Below are positions 18,423 through 28,711 of a stretch of DNA of 64,000 nucleotides, piece after piece. The notes under the pieces are model-generated. The model was not told the origin of the DNA. It saw only the letters and a list, made by a program, of their open reading frames with translations, and ran no database searches. The DNA comes from Bacteroidota bacterium (GTDB lineage: Bacteria > Bacteroidota > Ignavibacteria > SZUA-365): NCBI GenBank assembly GCA_003246455.1, contig QKAF01000009.1, forward strand, positions 85,395 through 149,394, given 5' to 3'. A program made the position numbers and the translations under genes. Position 1 is the first letter of the stretch. The number at the start of each line of letters is the position of its first letter.

Positions 18423-21400
18423 TCAGCGGGGAAGCTGGAGCCAGCCGTCACGGAGACTGCTGCGGACCAATCCTTCCCCCCACTCGACCGATTTCAGGTC
18501 GAGCGCAACGCGGTTCCGGCCTTCGAGCACCGCGGCGCGCAGCACGGCGAGGGTCGGACTTCCTTTCTCGTACCGGCCGTCGATGCGGATGAGCTGCTCA
18601 TCTTCCGTTTCAGACAGCACCCGTCCGCCCGAGATCACGCCCAGCGTTTTTTTTTTCACCGCGAAAACCGCTGAACAGCTGCCAGCCCCTGCGGCGTCCA
18701 GTCCGGCCGGTTTGATCAGCTGCAGTGCAATGTCGATGGTATCTCCACGGCGCGCGTTCATGCGCGGCAGACTCACGGTCGCCGATCCAAAACGGATGTC
18801 GCGGACATCCGAGGCCGTTTCACAGCCGGTTTCATTCGCGGTGCGCACCTGGTAGCGGCCGCTGCGGTCCGCGACGAACGTCCGATCGGTCGATCCGCGC
18901 AGCACTTTGCCGTCACGAATCCACTGATAACGCGGAGCTTTGGCGGCGATGAGCGTATCGTGCCGCAGCTGAACCGACGCGACGGGCATCGGTCGCGTAT
19001 AGGTCGTGACAGGGGTCGCCTCCGCCTCGCAGCCACCTTCCCCTGTAACCGTTACGGAAAAGGTGCCGGCCTGGCGGACGCCGAGATACCGCTCCGTTGC
19101 GCCTGTCGACCACCGGTAGGCCGCATACCCCTTCCCTGCGTCGAGGACAACCGAATCGCCTTCGCAGAAGGTCAGCGGACCCAGTGCGGCGATACGCGGC
19201 GTCGGACGTTCAAACACGCGAACCCGCACGGGTGCCGACGTGGCGGCACAGCCACGGGCGTTTGTCCCGGTCACGGTATACTCACCCGCCTTGCGCACGA
19301 GAATGTCAGGCGAAGTCTCCCCGCTCGACCAGGCATAGGAGGAGAGACCCTGCGGCGCACGAAGCTGCACGCTGCCTCCCTCACAGATATCGGTGCCGCT
19401 TTCGGCGGTGATGGCCACGGCGGGAGCTTCGAGCATGTCCACGCGGACACTGTCGACGATCTGACAGCCCTCGGCGTCGGTGATCGTCACCGTATACGCG
19501 ATGTCTCCCAGCGGCGTGAGCAGCGGTGTGGCGATGGAGCGGTCGCTGATTCCGCCCGCAGGGCTCCAGAAGATCCTGTACGGTTTGGTCCCTCCGCTGA
19601 TATTCCCGCCGATGCCGACGGGCTGCCCTTCGCAGGCTTCTATTCTCCGCGCCATCGCGATCCGCAAGGGCTCCGCTACCGCGACCTGCACCGAATCCCT
19701 CGCGCGGCAGCCCCGCGCGTCCGTGATCGTCAGGCGGTAACGCGTGCTGCGAAGCGGCCGAGCATTCGTGGATGCCGATCGTGCATCGGAAAGTCCTTCG
19801 GAGGGCTCCCAGTGATAGGCGTACGGCGGCTGTCCGTCTTTCGCAACGGCACGCAGCGCGGCCTCCCCATCGGAACAGATGCGCTGGTCCTTTCCGGCGT
19901 CGACGGTCGGGACGGGATAGACGGTGACATTAACCGTATCGCGCGTCTCACAGTCATAACGGTTGCGAACGGTAAGAACGTACGCGGTGGACTTCACGGG
20001 TCGCGCAATCGGCTGGGCGGTTTTCGCGGAACTGAGACCGGTTTCGGGCGACCACGAGTAGCGTGCACCGTAAGCGGTGTCGACGCGTGCGGGACCGAGT
20101 CTCAATTCCCCGCCGAGACAGAGGGCATCGTCGTCCCCGGCGTCCGCCTTATTGCACGGCTGTACGGTAACGGTGATTGTCGCATTCACGCGGCAGCCGT
20201 TCGCATCCGTCACGGTGACGGTGTAGGTCGTGGTCTGGATGGGATTCGCCACGGGATTCGGCGCCGTGCCGTCGCTCAGCCCTTCCCGCGGCATCCAGTC
20301 GTAGCGGTACGGCGCGCTGCCCCCGCTGATTCCCAGTTCGATGCGCCGCCCCTGGTCCCGGCAGATTGTCATTTCGGCGGGCACGGAAACGATCGGACGC
20401 GGATAGATGAACACCGTGACCGCGTCGGAATCCGTGCATCCGCGGGCATCCGTGACCACGACCGTGTACTCTGTCGTCTGGTTGGGACTCGCCACAGGGC
20501 TCATGGACGACGGGTTGTCGAGACCGAAGGTTGGCGTCCAGCTGTAGCGAAACGGCGGAGTTCCGCCCGTGGCGGTTTCCCCGACCGGTGTGCTGCTCCC
20601 CGCGCACATGCGGATGTCCGCGCCGGCATGCGCTTCGGGCGACGGAGCGACCAGCACCGACACTTCGTCGGTGGCTGTGCAGCCGTTCGCATCCGTCACG
20701 CTCAGCGTATACACGCGCGAGGCCGACAACGTGACAGTGGGTGAGAGTTCACGCACACTGCTCAGACCCGCGGCGGGACTCCAGAGAATCGAATAAGGCG
20801 GGCGTCCGCCGGAAACCGACCCGTTGAGCACCGCCGGCGTCCCGTTACAGAGCACGACGTCCTCCCCTGCTCCCGCCACCGGCGGGGCGATCACCTCGAC
20901 ATCCACCTTCTGCTCGGCGGAGCAGCCGGCGGCGTCGGTGACGCGCAGGGTGTATGTCGCGCTGATCTGCGGATTCGCCACGGGATTGGCGATGCCGGGA
21001 TTGCTCAGCCCGAGCGGCGGCGTCCAGGAATAGGCGAACGGCGGCGAACCGCTGCGAATGCTCCCGGTCAGTTCGACGGAAGCGCCGGCGCAGATCTGAT
21101 GGCGATCCTTGTACCGCAGCTCGGGACGCGGCTGCACGGTCACACGGACACTGCCGCCGACGGTACAGCCATTGGCGTCGGTCAGGGTGACGCTGTAGGT
21201 GGTATTCCGGTTCGGATTCGCGGTGGGCATCGCACTGCCCGCGTTGTCAAGCCCGGCAGCGGGCGTCCAGCGATAGCGGTACGGGGCAGTCCCTCCGACT
21301 GCTTCGGCCCCGATGCGCACACCCTGTCCGTCGCAGACGTTGACCTCGGCGGCGAACTGAAGCTCCGGCTGCGGATGCAGCGTCACCATGACGGAATCGG

Positions 21401-24400
21401 AAACCGAGCATCCGTTTGCGTCGCGGACGGTAAGAATGTACAGCGCGCTCTGCTCGGGCCGCAGATCCGGCGTCAGCACTGCGGCGGAACTGAGTCCGGT
21501 ACGCGGCGACCACTCGTAGGTATACGGTTTTTTCCCGCCGCTGACACGCGCGTTCAGCTTCGCGGACTCGCCGGCGCAGAGAGCGATATTGTCTCCCGCA
21601 TCCACCACCGGGGGATCGTTCACGGAGACCAGCAGCGTATCCGCGGCGAAACAGCCGTTCGCGTCGGTCACGGTGACGATATACTGTGCGTCGCTGCGTG
21701 CGGTCAGCTGCGGACTCTGGGCGGATGCATTGTCAAGCCCGGCAGCAGGGGTCCAGAGATACCGATACGGCGCGGTGCCTCCGTTCACTTTCGCGAGAAG
21801 CGATGTCGGCGCGTTGGCGCATGCCGTGATGCGGCCGCCCGCGTCGACTTCGATGCCCGGGTGGACGCGAACGTTCAGCGAATCCCGGGAAGAACAGCCC
21901 AGTGCGTCCGTCACGGTAAGAACATAGTGCGTACTGCGCACGGGAGCGGCGATCGGGTTCGGGGCTTCCGGATTGTTGAGTCCCGCTGCGGGAGTCCAGA
22001 GGAAGCGGTACGGACCGCGTCCGCCGCGCACTTTCGACTGCAGAACCACGCTGCTGCCCGGACATACCGCGCGATCCTCACCTGCCTCCGCGATCGGGGG
22101 CTCGGCTACGGTGACGACGACAGTGTCGGTGGTCTGCGCACCCTCCGCGTCCGTGACGGCGAGCACGTATGTGGTCGTCGTACGCGGCGAGGCGGTCGGC
22201 CGGGCATCCTGCGGATTGGAAAGGGATTCGGCGGGGCTCCACGTGTACTGGTACGGGGGCGTACCGCCCGAGGCTTCTCCGCCGAGCTTCGTGCTGCCGT
22301 CGCGGCAGATTGTCGTATCCGGACCAGCGAAGGCCACCGGATCGTTGAATATCACTCTGAGGAGAAACGCATCCGTCAGTCCGGAGAGGTCCCCCTGGAA
22401 GATGTTGCCCACCGTACGGAAGCCCTTGCTTTCCGTGCCGCCTACGACCACCGCGTTGCCCTGCGGGTCCAGGCCGAGCCCGTAGCTGATGTCGTGTGTC
22501 TCACCCCCGTAGAACGTGCCCCAGAGATACCCGCCGGAGGAAGCGAACTGCGCGACGAAAACGTCGTAGCCTCCGCCCTTCCGGTCGAGAAAGGACTTTC
22601 CGGCAAGCGGGAAATTCCGGCTGCCGGTGAAACCGGCCACGAGCACATTGTCGTCGTTGTCGACGGCGAGCCCGGTGGCTTTGTCCACTTCCACGCCGCC
22701 GAGGTAACTGCTCCATCGCAGACCGCCGTTCGGATCCATGCTCGCAACGAAGGCGTCGATCAGTCCTCCCATCCGTTTCTGCACGGGGTTGCCCGCGAGC
22801 GGGAACTGCGTGCTCGCCGTGTACCCGGTGAGCATGAGGTTCCCCTTGCTGTCCAACCCGATGCGCTCGACGCTTTCTTCCTGTTCCCCGCCGAAGTAGG
22901 TGCTCCAGCGGATCTTTCGCTGCCGCCCGTCGAGACGGATCACGAATCCGTCGAAGCTTCCTCCGCCGTAGGCGGACTGGCGATCGAGCGTGATCGCGGG
23001 CAGGTTGGTGCTTTCCGTACGTCCGGCGATATAAATGTCGCCCCCTGGGTCCACCGCGATGGCCGCCGCGAAGTCCATGCTCCACCCGCCGATATACGTC
23101 GCCCACTCGCGAATGCCCTTCGGAGAAAACCGGGCGAGGAAAATATCGTAGTCCCCGTTGTTGCTGGTCTGAATGGCGTCGGGGGTCACCGGAAAATTCG
23201 TGCTGTAGGTTCCGCCCGTCACGTACACCGCTCCGTCGGGCGTCACGGCGATATCGCCGCATTCGTCGGAATAACTGCCGCCGAAGTACGTGGCCCAGCG
23301 GCGGCGGCCGTTCTCGTCCAGCGCCAGGAGGAACACGTCGTAGCGTCCGCCGTTGCGGGGCTGCAGTGCGTCCTGTGTGACGGGCAGATCCGTGCTCGAT
23401 GTCGATCCCGCGACATAGAGCTGGCCGTCTGCGGTGATCGCGATCTGCGGATTCTCTTCAGAAGCGCTGCCGCCGAAATAGGTGGACCAGAGCTGCTTGC
23501 GCTCCCGCGAGAATGCGCTGACGAACACTTCGAAGCTGCCATGCGAAGCGGCCTGCAGGGCACCCGGGGAGACCGGGAAATCGGCGCTGGCGGAGAATCC
23601 GGTGACATAGATCGTCCCCTTCCTGTCCACGACCACATCCCGCGCATAGTCCGAAAGCTTTCCGCCGAGGAAGGTGCTCCACTGAAGGAAGGGATCGATG
23701 ATCAGCGGGAGGGACGGATCCTGTCCGGCAACGAAGAAACCGAGCTGGCCGTCTTCCACCCGCCAGTGCGCCTCCAGCGGCATGCGGGCTTCGTCCTCCG
23801 TCTGCTGGTAGACGAAAGGCGCGGCGTCGCGGAGCAGTCCCGCGGCATGATGGAATTCGAGCCCGCCGTCGGGAGCGAGCGAGGGATCCCCTGCGCCGTC
23901 GAGACGCATGGCGATACGCGAGTAATCCGCTCCCGGGTGCACGATGAATTCATACTTGACGCCGCGCTCTTCCAGGCGGCACACGAGATCGATTCCCGGA
24001 TAGAGGTTCTCGAACGTCACACCGCCGAACAGCGTCACGTCTTCCCTCCCGGCGGGAACGCCGGGGAAATACCAGTGCTGCGGCGCGGAACGCGGCGCCG
24101 TCAGGATCGTGCGACCCGCGCTGCATCCGTCGAAGCGGAGATCGACGCGGTACTGCGCCAGGCCGTTTTGGGAGGACGTACGGCGATCGCGGTCGGCATG
24201 AACGTCGGTCGCGCCGAAAGGCGTTTCGGGGAGTCCGTAATACACCAGGCTCAGGCCGCGCTCGAACACGAACAGGCGGGCGTTGTTCAGCGGCGTACTG
24301 ACGGCGAGGCAGCCGCCTTCCGAAGCGGGGACGCGCCACTGCCCGTGGTTTTCAACAAGGACGAACGGCGCTGCGGGGAGGTTTTCCGGCAGGATGACGG

Positions 24401-24494
24401 TGTGCGGGACCTGTTCTCCGGACGCAGGTGCGGACAGGCGTACGAACACCATGATCGCGGGAAGAACGGAAAGGAATGACGTCTTCAGATTCAC
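18423..24494 (-). CDS. Giant (2023 aa) secreted adhesin-like protein: beta-propeller-type repeats followed by ~14 tandem SprB-like Cys/GGxxPYxYxW ~80-aa domains
   Basis: Signal peptide MNLKTSFLSVLPAIMVFVRLSAPASG. The N-terminal ~700 aa contain ~8 units of YSTYFGG…DIAV…DG.IYV.G.T.S.NFP (SBBP/beta-propeller-like). These are followed by 12 canonical and 2 degenerate units of the form P..AG.D..IC.G....L...V.GG..PY.Y.W.P..GL.....NP.V.P..T..Y.V.VTD..GC…V.V.V.P. The C-terminal ~200 aa are a distinct domain, possibly a sorting domain. Confidence 0.85.
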   Translation of the reverse strand: MNLKTSFLSVLPAIMVFVRLSAPASGEQVPHTVILPENLPAAPFVLVENHGQWRVPASEGGCLAVSTPLNNARLFVFERGLSLVYYGLPETPFGATDVHADRDRRTSSQNGLAQYRVDLRFDGCSAGRTILTAPRSAPQHWYFPGVPAGREDVTLFGGVTFENLYPGIDLVCRLEERGVKYEFIVHPGADYSRIAMRLDGAGDPSLAPDGGLEFHHAAGLLRDAAPFVYQQTEDEARMPLEAHWRVEDGQLGFFVAGQDPSLPLIIDPFLQWSTFLGGKLSDYARDVVVDRKGTIYVTGFSASADFPVSPGALQAASHGSFEVFVSAFSRERKQLWSTYFGGSASEENPQIAITADGQLYVAGSTSSTDLPVTQDALQPRNGGRYDVFLLALDENGRRRWATYFGGSYSDECGDIAVTPDGAVYVTGGTYSTNFPVTPDAIQTSNNGDYDIFLARFSPKGIREWATYIGGWSMDFAAAIAVDPGGDIYIAGRTESTNLPAITLDRQSAYGGGSFDGFVIRLDGRQRKIRWSTYFGGEQEESVERIGLDSKGNLMLTGYTASTQFPLAGNPVQKRMGGLIDAFVASMDPNGGLRWSSYLGGVEVDKATGLAVDNDDNVLVAGFTGSRNFPLAGKSFLDRKGGGYDVFVAQFASSGGYLWGTFYGGETHDISYGLGLDPQGNAVVVGGTESKGFRTVGNIFQGDLSGLTDAFLLRVIFNDPVAFAGPDTTICRDGSTKLGGEASGGTPPYQYTWSPAESLSNPQDARPTASPRTTTTYVLAVTDAEGAQTTDTVVVTVAEPPIAEAGEDRAVCPGSSVVLQSKVRGGRGPYRFLWTPAAGLNNPEAPNPIAAPVRSTHYVLTVTDALGCSSRDSLNVRVHPGIEVDAGGRITACANAPTSLLAKVNGGTAPYRYLWTPAAGLDNASAQSPQLTARSDAQYIVTVTDANGCFAADTLLVSVNDPPVVDAGDNIALCAGESAKLNARVSGGKKPYTYEWSPRTGLSSAAVLTPDLRPEQSALYILTVRDANGCSVSDSVMVTLHPQPELQFAAEVNVCDGQGVRIGAEAVGGTAPYRYRWTPAAGLDNAGSAMPTANPNRNTTYSVTLTDANGCTVGGSVRVTVQPRPELRYKDRHQICAGASVELTGSIRSGSPPFAYSWTPPLGLSNPGIANPVANPQISATYTLRVTDAAGCSAEQKVDVEVIAPPVAGAGEDVVLCNGTPAVLNGSVSGGRPPYSILWSPAAGLSSVRELSPTVTLSASRVYTLSVTDANGCTATDEVSVLVAPSPEAHAGADIRMCAGSSTPVGETATGGTPPFRYSWTPTFGLDNPSSMSPVASPNQTTEYTVVVTDARGCTDSDAVTVFIYPRPIVSVPAEMTICRDQGRRIELGISGGSAPYRYDWMPREGLSDGTAPNPVANPIQTTTYTVTVTDANGCRVNATITVTVQPCNKADAGDDDALCLGGELRLGPARVDTAYGARYSWSPETGLSSAKTAQPIARPVKSTAYVLTVRNRYDCETRDTVNVTVYPVPTVDAGKDQRICSDGEAALRAVAKDGQPPYAYHWEPSEGLSDARSASTNARPLRSTRYRLTITDARGCRARDSVQVAVAEPLRIAMARRIEACEGQPVGIGGNISGGTKPYRIFWSPAGGISDRSIATPLLTPLGDIAYTVTITDAEGCQIVDSVRVDMLEAPAVAITAESGTDICEGGSVQLRAPQGLSSYAWSSGETSPDILVRKAGEYTVTGTNARGCAATSAPVRVRVFERPTPRIAALGPLTFCEGDSVVLDAGKGYAAYRWSTGATERYLGVRQAGTFSVTVTGEGGCEAEATPVTTYTRPMPVASVQLRHDTLIAAKAPRYQWIRDGKVLRGSTDRTFVADRSGRYQVRTANETGCETASDVRDIRFGSATVSLPRMNARRGDTIDIALQLIKPAGLDAAGAGSCSAVFAVKKKTLGVISGGRVLSETEDEQLIRIDGRYEKGSPTLAVLRAAVLEGRNRVALDLKSVEWGEGLVRSSLRDGWLQLPR

Positions 24495-24640
24495 GCGGTT
24501 GACTCAGGAGATTGAATGCACGGAATTACATCCGGTTAACGAAAAAAAGGTACGAAAATTGGCAGTCAATGCACAGATGTCCTTCCCTGCACGTCGGGGT
24601 GCGGGAGAAGGCGCAGGCGGCGCCTCCTCCCTGCCCGGCA

Positions 24641-25705
24641 CTATCGGAGGATCAGCAGCGGCTTCTGTGCAACGGCCGCGCCGGATGCGAGACGAAGGAA
24701 ATACATGCCGGCTGGAAGGCCGCTGATGTTGACGGGCGTCTGCCGCGCTCCGGCACCCGCGTCGAGCACGATGCGCCGAAGCTCGCGTCCGCAATTGTCA
24801 TGCAGCGTCAGAACCGCAGCCCCATCGGCCTTCCATGCGACGACGGTCTGTCCGCCGGCCGCGGGATGCGGGTACACCGAGGTGATGCCGAACGCGTCGG
24901 GTGCGCTCGTGCTCCCAACGGCGGAGGGGAGCTGATGGAACGTGAGGCTGGCGTCGACCACACCCGGAGTCCAGCTTTCCGCATCGAGCGTATCGACGGT
25001 GAGGGACGCACTCACACCGTCTTTCGTCAGGAACATGTAGTTCACCGAACTGGTGATGTCCTCGCTGAGGACCATGCCCGCGATTTCGACGCGGTCGGTG
25101 ATCTGCGACTTGTTGCGGATGCACAGGGCCGGCCAGCTGCCCAGCGCGGTGATCAGTATGCCTTCTGAAACGACGTCGATCTGCATTTCGGTCTGCTGGT
25201 AAAAGCCCTCCATGGGCTGCACCTCGTTGCCGGAGTAGGTCCACGACGCGCCGAGCTGGAGGGGGAACTTGAACGCCGGCTGCTCCGGATCATATTTCAG
25301 GACGTATGGCACGCCTGCCACCTCCGTGGCGAACCCCTGATCGTAGTACCCCGTGTCGTCCAACCGCGAATAGCTGAACGCGATCGTTTCCGATCCGAGA
25401 ATCTGGGCATGCGTCGCGGTCGGGAAGTCGACGGCGTACGGCGTCATGTCCGGGGAGAGGAAGACCGATTGGTAGGTCGACTGTTCGAAACTGAATGACG
25501 AGAAATCGTACACCTGCCCGCCGCCCGAGGCGCCGAGGTCGAACGTGACGCCGGAAAGCTCCGGCGTGGAGAAAATCGTGAGGTCTCTATCTACCAGCTC
25601 ATCTTCCATATCCGCGCGCGTAAACGTCAGCTGCGCATGTGCGGTACCGGCAAACAGAAGGCCGGCAAACAACAGAAAGAAGCATTGTTTCATCGTGGAC
25701 TCCAT
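24641..25705 (-). CDS. Secreted protein with a T9SS C-terminal sorting domain, function unknown
   Basis: Start at MEST-MKQCFFLLFAGLLFAGTAHAQ (ATG at 25705 or 25693). C-terminus …VYPHPAAGGQTVVAWKADGAAVLTLHDNCGRELRRIVLDAG…GMYFLRLASGAAVAQKPLLILR is T9SS CTD-like. The 5' extension of the six-frame ORF is not supported. Confidence 0.65.
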   Translation of the reverse strand: MESTMKQCFFLLFAGLLFAGTAHAQLTFTRADMEDELVDRDLTIFSTPELSGVTFDLGASGGGQVYDFSSFSFEQSTYQSVFLSPDMTPYAVDFPTATHAQILGSETIAFSYSRLDDTGYYDQGFATEVAGVPYVLKYDPEQPAFKFPLQLGASWTYSGNEVQPMEGFYQQTEMQIDVVSEGILITALGSWPALCIRNKSQITDRVEIAGMVLSEDITSSVNYMFLTKDGVSASLTVDTLDAESWTPGVVDASLTFHQLPSAVGSTSAPDAFGITSVYPHPAAGGQTVVAWKADGAAVLTLHDNCGRELRRIVLDAGAGARQTPVNISGLPAGMYFLRLASGAAVAQKPLLILR

Positions 25706-25905
25706 GAATAAATATGTGAGCGGAATGATACGAAAAAGCGGTGCAAAATGGGAATGCAGACCGTGCTCCGGCGCGGTTCCGCGCCCTGCGTGCATCGCGC
25801 GGGGCGGCCGTTCTGGGTTGCATTTCGCACCCTGTCTCTGTAACTTTGTTGATTCTCTGGTTTTCCAAACTGCACACCCCCACCCCATCACCATTCGGAC
25901 CGCAT

Positions 25906-27069
25906 ATGCTTACCGGAAGCGATTTCTACAACATAGACAGTCTGTTTCAGGAAGATGAGCTCATGGTGCGGGACGCCGTGCGGGGGTTTGTCCGCGGCGA
26001 GGTCCTGCCGGTGATCGAGGAAGCCGCCCGTGAGGGACGGTTCCCGATGCACCTGCCCGCGGCGATGGCGGAGCTCGGCATATTCGGTCCGACGCTGCCG
26101 GAGAAGTACGGCTGTGCGGGCGCGAACAACGTCATGTACGGTATCATGATGCAGGAACTCGAGCGCGGCGACAGCGGCGTCCGCAGTTTCGCAAGCGTCC
26201 AGAGCTCCCTTGTCATGTACCCGATTTTCCGCTACGGCACCGAGGAACAGCGCAGCCACTGGCTGCCGCGCCTCGCGCGTGCCGAAGCAATCGGCTGTTT
26301 CGGACTGACGGAACCGGACCACGGCTCCGATCCGGGCGGCATGGAAACGCGCGCAGTGCAGGACGGGGATCACTACGTTCTGAACGGCGCAAAGATGTGG
26401 ATCACCAACGGCACCATCGCGGACGTGGCCGTGGTCTGGGCCAAGCTCGACGGCGAGGTCCGCGGTTTCCTCGTCGAGAAAGGGACTCCCGGTTTCACCG
26501 CACCGGAAATGAAGGGCAAGCATTCGCTGCGCGCGTCGGTAACCTCGGAACTGGTGTTTCAGGACTGCCGGATTCCCGCGGAGAACATCCTGCCGGAAGC
26601 GCGGGGTCTGAAAGGACCGCTGGGCTGCCTGACGCAGGCGCGGTACGGTATCGCGTGGGGAGTCATCGGCGCCGCGGAGATGTGCTACCACACCGCACTC
26701 GACTATGCAAAAACCCGCAAGCAGTTCGGCAAGCCCATCGGGGGCTTCCAGCTCGTGCAGGAGAAACTGGTATACATGGAAACCGAGATCACCAAGGCGC
26801 GCCTGCTCGCGCTGCATCTCGGACGCATGAAAGACAACGGGACGATGACCTTCGCACATGTTTCCATGGCGAAACGCAACAACGTTGACATCGCCCTGCG
26901 CATCGCGCGCATCGCACGCGATATCCTCGGCGCGAACGGAATCCTCGACGAGTACCCGGTCATGCGCCATATGAACAATCTCGAGTCGGTCCGTACGTAC
27001 GAGGGCACGCATGACATTCATACGCTGATCCTCGGCAGCGAAATCACCGACATCCCCGCGTACAGCTAG
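25906..27069 (+). CDS. gcdH: Acyl-CoA dehydrogenase, glutaryl-CoA dehydrogenase-like
   Basis: ATG at 25906 ([14 protein letters not shown]…). Shows the acyl-CoA dehydrogenase fold motifs (…[21 protein letters not shown]…, C-terminal …[13 protein letters not shown]…) characteristic of the glutaryl-CoA dehydrogenase subfamily. Confidence 0.8.
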   Translation: MLTGSDFYNIDSLFQEDELMVRDAVRGFVRGEVLPVIEEAAREGRFPMHLPAAMAELGIFGPTLPEKYGCAGANNVMYGIMMQELERGDSGVRSFASVQSSLVMYPIFRYGTEEQRSHWLPRLARAEAIGCFGLTEPDHGSDPGGMETRAVQDGDHYVLNGAKMWITNGTIADVAVVWAKLDGEVRGFLVEKGTPGFTAPEMKGKHSLRASVTSELVFQDCRIPAENILPEARGLKGPLGCLTQARYGIAWGVIGAAEMCYHTALDYAKTRKQFGKPIGGFQLVQEKLVYMETEITKARLLALHLGRMKDNGTMTFAHVSMAKRNNVDIALRIARIARDILGANGILDEYPVMRHMNNLESVRTYEGTHDIHTLILGSEITDIPAYS

Positions 27070-27091
27070 TAACCACAATCGGAATATCATC

Positions 27092-28564
27092 ATGCCGCAG
27101 AAGCGCATCAGAATGGGACTCACGTTTGACGACGTCCTGCTTGTGCCCCGCAAATCGAAAATTCTGCCTCGCGAAGCAGACGTCCGGACCCGTCTCACAC
27201 GGGAAATCGACCTCAACATTCCCCTCCTCAGCGCCGCCATGGATACCGTCACCGAGTCGGAGATGGCCATCGCCCTCGCGCGTGAAGGAGGAATCGGCAT
27301 CGTGCACAAGAACATGCCGATCCACAAGCAGGCCGAAGAGATCGACAAGGTCAAGCGCTCCGAGAGCGGCATGATCGTCAATCCCATCACCATGCGCCCC
27401 GACAAAACCGTCGCGGACGCGCACGAGGTGATGGAGAAATACAGTATCTCCGGCATCCCCATCGTCGACGATGACGAGAAGCTCATCGGCATTCTCACCA
27501 ACCGCGACCTGCGCTTCGAACCCAACCAGTCCATGCTGGTCTACGATATCATGACCAAGGAGAAGCTGGTCACCGCGCCCCTCGGCACGACGCTGGAAGA
27601 GGCGGAATCCATCCTCCAGGAGCATCGCATCGAGAAGCTGCCCGTGGTCGACAAGAACGGACAGCTCCGCGGCCTGCTGACCTTCAAGGACATCATGAAG
27701 AAGAAGCACCACCCCAACGCGGCGAAAGACAGCTTCGGCCGACTGCGCGTGGGAGCGGCGGTGGGTATCGCGAGCGACACGATGGACCGCGTGAAAGCGC
27801 TGGTCGACGCGGCAGTGGACGTCGTTGTCGTCGACACCGCGCATGGACATTCCTTCGGCGTTCTCGAAATGGTCCGAAAGGTGAAGAAGCAGTTTCCCGA
27901 TCTTCAGGTGATCGCCGGGAATGTCGCGACGGCCGCGGCGGTCGAAGACCTGATCAAGGCGGGCGCCGACGCCGTCAAAGTCGGCATCGGGCCGGGCAGC
28001 ATCTGCACCACCCGTGTGGTCACCGGCGTGGGCGTTCCCCAGGTAACGGCGATTCTTGACTGCGCGGAAATGGGCGCAAAATACGGCGTCCCCATCATCG
28101 CGGACGGCGGCATCAAGCAGACGGGCGACGTCCCGAAAGCCCTCGCCGCCGGAGCGGACACGGTCATGCTCGGCAGCATGTTCGCCGGCCTCGAAGAAAG
28201 CCCCGGCGAGAAAGTCCTTTACGAAGGACGCCGCTACAAAATGTACCGCGGCATGGGATCCATCAGTGCGATGAAGGAAGGAAGCAAGGACCGCTACTTC
28301 CAGGATGTCGAAGACGATATCAAGAAGCTGGTTCCCGAAGGCATCGAGGGCATGGTTCCGTATCGCGGCAAGCTCGAGGAAATCGTCTACCAGCTCATCG
28401 GCGGACTTCGCGCCGCCATGGGATATTGCGGCGTCGGCAGCATTCCCGATCTGAAAATCAAAAGCGATTTCATTCAGATCACGACGGCAGGACTCAAGGA
28501 AAGCCACCCGCACGACGTGTTTATTACGAAGGAAGCACCCAACTACCAGGCGGGGAACGCCTGA
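27092..28564 (+). CDS. guaB: Inosine-5'-monophosphate dehydrogenase
   Basis: [22 protein letters not shown]… Tandem CBS domains, catalytic loop [11 protein letters not shown], and C-terminus …[11 protein letters not shown]… Length 490 aa. Confidence 0.95.
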   Translation: MPQKRIRMGLTFDDVLLVPRKSKILPREADVRTRLTREIDLNIPLLSAAMDTVTESEMAIALAREGGIGIVHKNMPIHKQAEEIDKVKRSESGMIVNPITMRPDKTVADAHEVMEKYSISGIPIVDDDEKLIGILTNRDLRFEPNQSMLVYDIMTKEKLVTAPLGTTLEEAESILQEHRIEKLPVVDKNGQLRGLLTFKDIMKKKHHPNAAKDSFGRLRVGAAVGIASDTMDRVKALVDAAVDVVVVDTAHGHSFGVLEMVRKVKKQFPDLQVIAGNVATAAAVEDLIKAGADAVKVGIGPGSICTTRVVTGVGVPQVTAILDCAEMGAKYGVPIIADGGIKQTGDVPKALAAGADTVMLGSMFAGLEESPGEKVLYEGRRYKMYRGMGSISAMKEGSKDRYFQDVEDDIKKLVPEGIEGMVPYRGKLEEIVYQLIGGLRAAMGYCGVGSIPDLKIKSDFIQITTAGLKESHPHDVFITKEAPNYQAGNA

Positions 28565-28571
28565 GATAGCG

Positions 28572-28697
28572 GTTATCCACAGGGCCGCCGACGGTCATCA
28601 CCCGGTGGCCCTGTTTGCATTTGTCGATTTCGAGCCAGAATCGATGATTATCTGTATTCCTTCACGGTTTTCCACAGTTTCTCATAAGTTATCCACA
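28572..28697. promoter_or_regulatory. Cluster of three DnaA-box-like 9-mers (TTATCCACA ×2 exact, TTTTCCACA ×1) in the guaB–peptidase intergenic region
   Basis: TTATCCACA at 28572-28580 and 28689-28697; TTTTCCACA at 28668-28676. Two exact copies of the DnaA-box consensus within 126 bp. Confidence 0.3.
28579..28622 (+). terminator. Rho-independent terminator downstream of guaB
   Basis: CAGGGCCGCCGACGG-tcatca-CCCGGTGGCCCTG followed by TTTGCATTTG. Confidence 0.5.
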
Positions 28698-28711
28698 ATT
28701 CCGCAACACAA

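Noticed and set aside
18423-24494. Recent, near-identical DNA repeats inside the giant gene that could indicate assembly collapse
   Set aside because: Repeat units are only ~60–75% identical at the DNA level by eye. No long exact duplicates were seen, so an assembly artefact is unlikely.
28572-28697. Chromosomal replication origin (oriC)
   Set aside because: Only three DnaA-like boxes are present. There is no adjacent AT-rich DNA-unwinding element and no nearby dnaA or dnaN. The site is more likely a regulatory DnaA site, so I reported it as such at low confidence.
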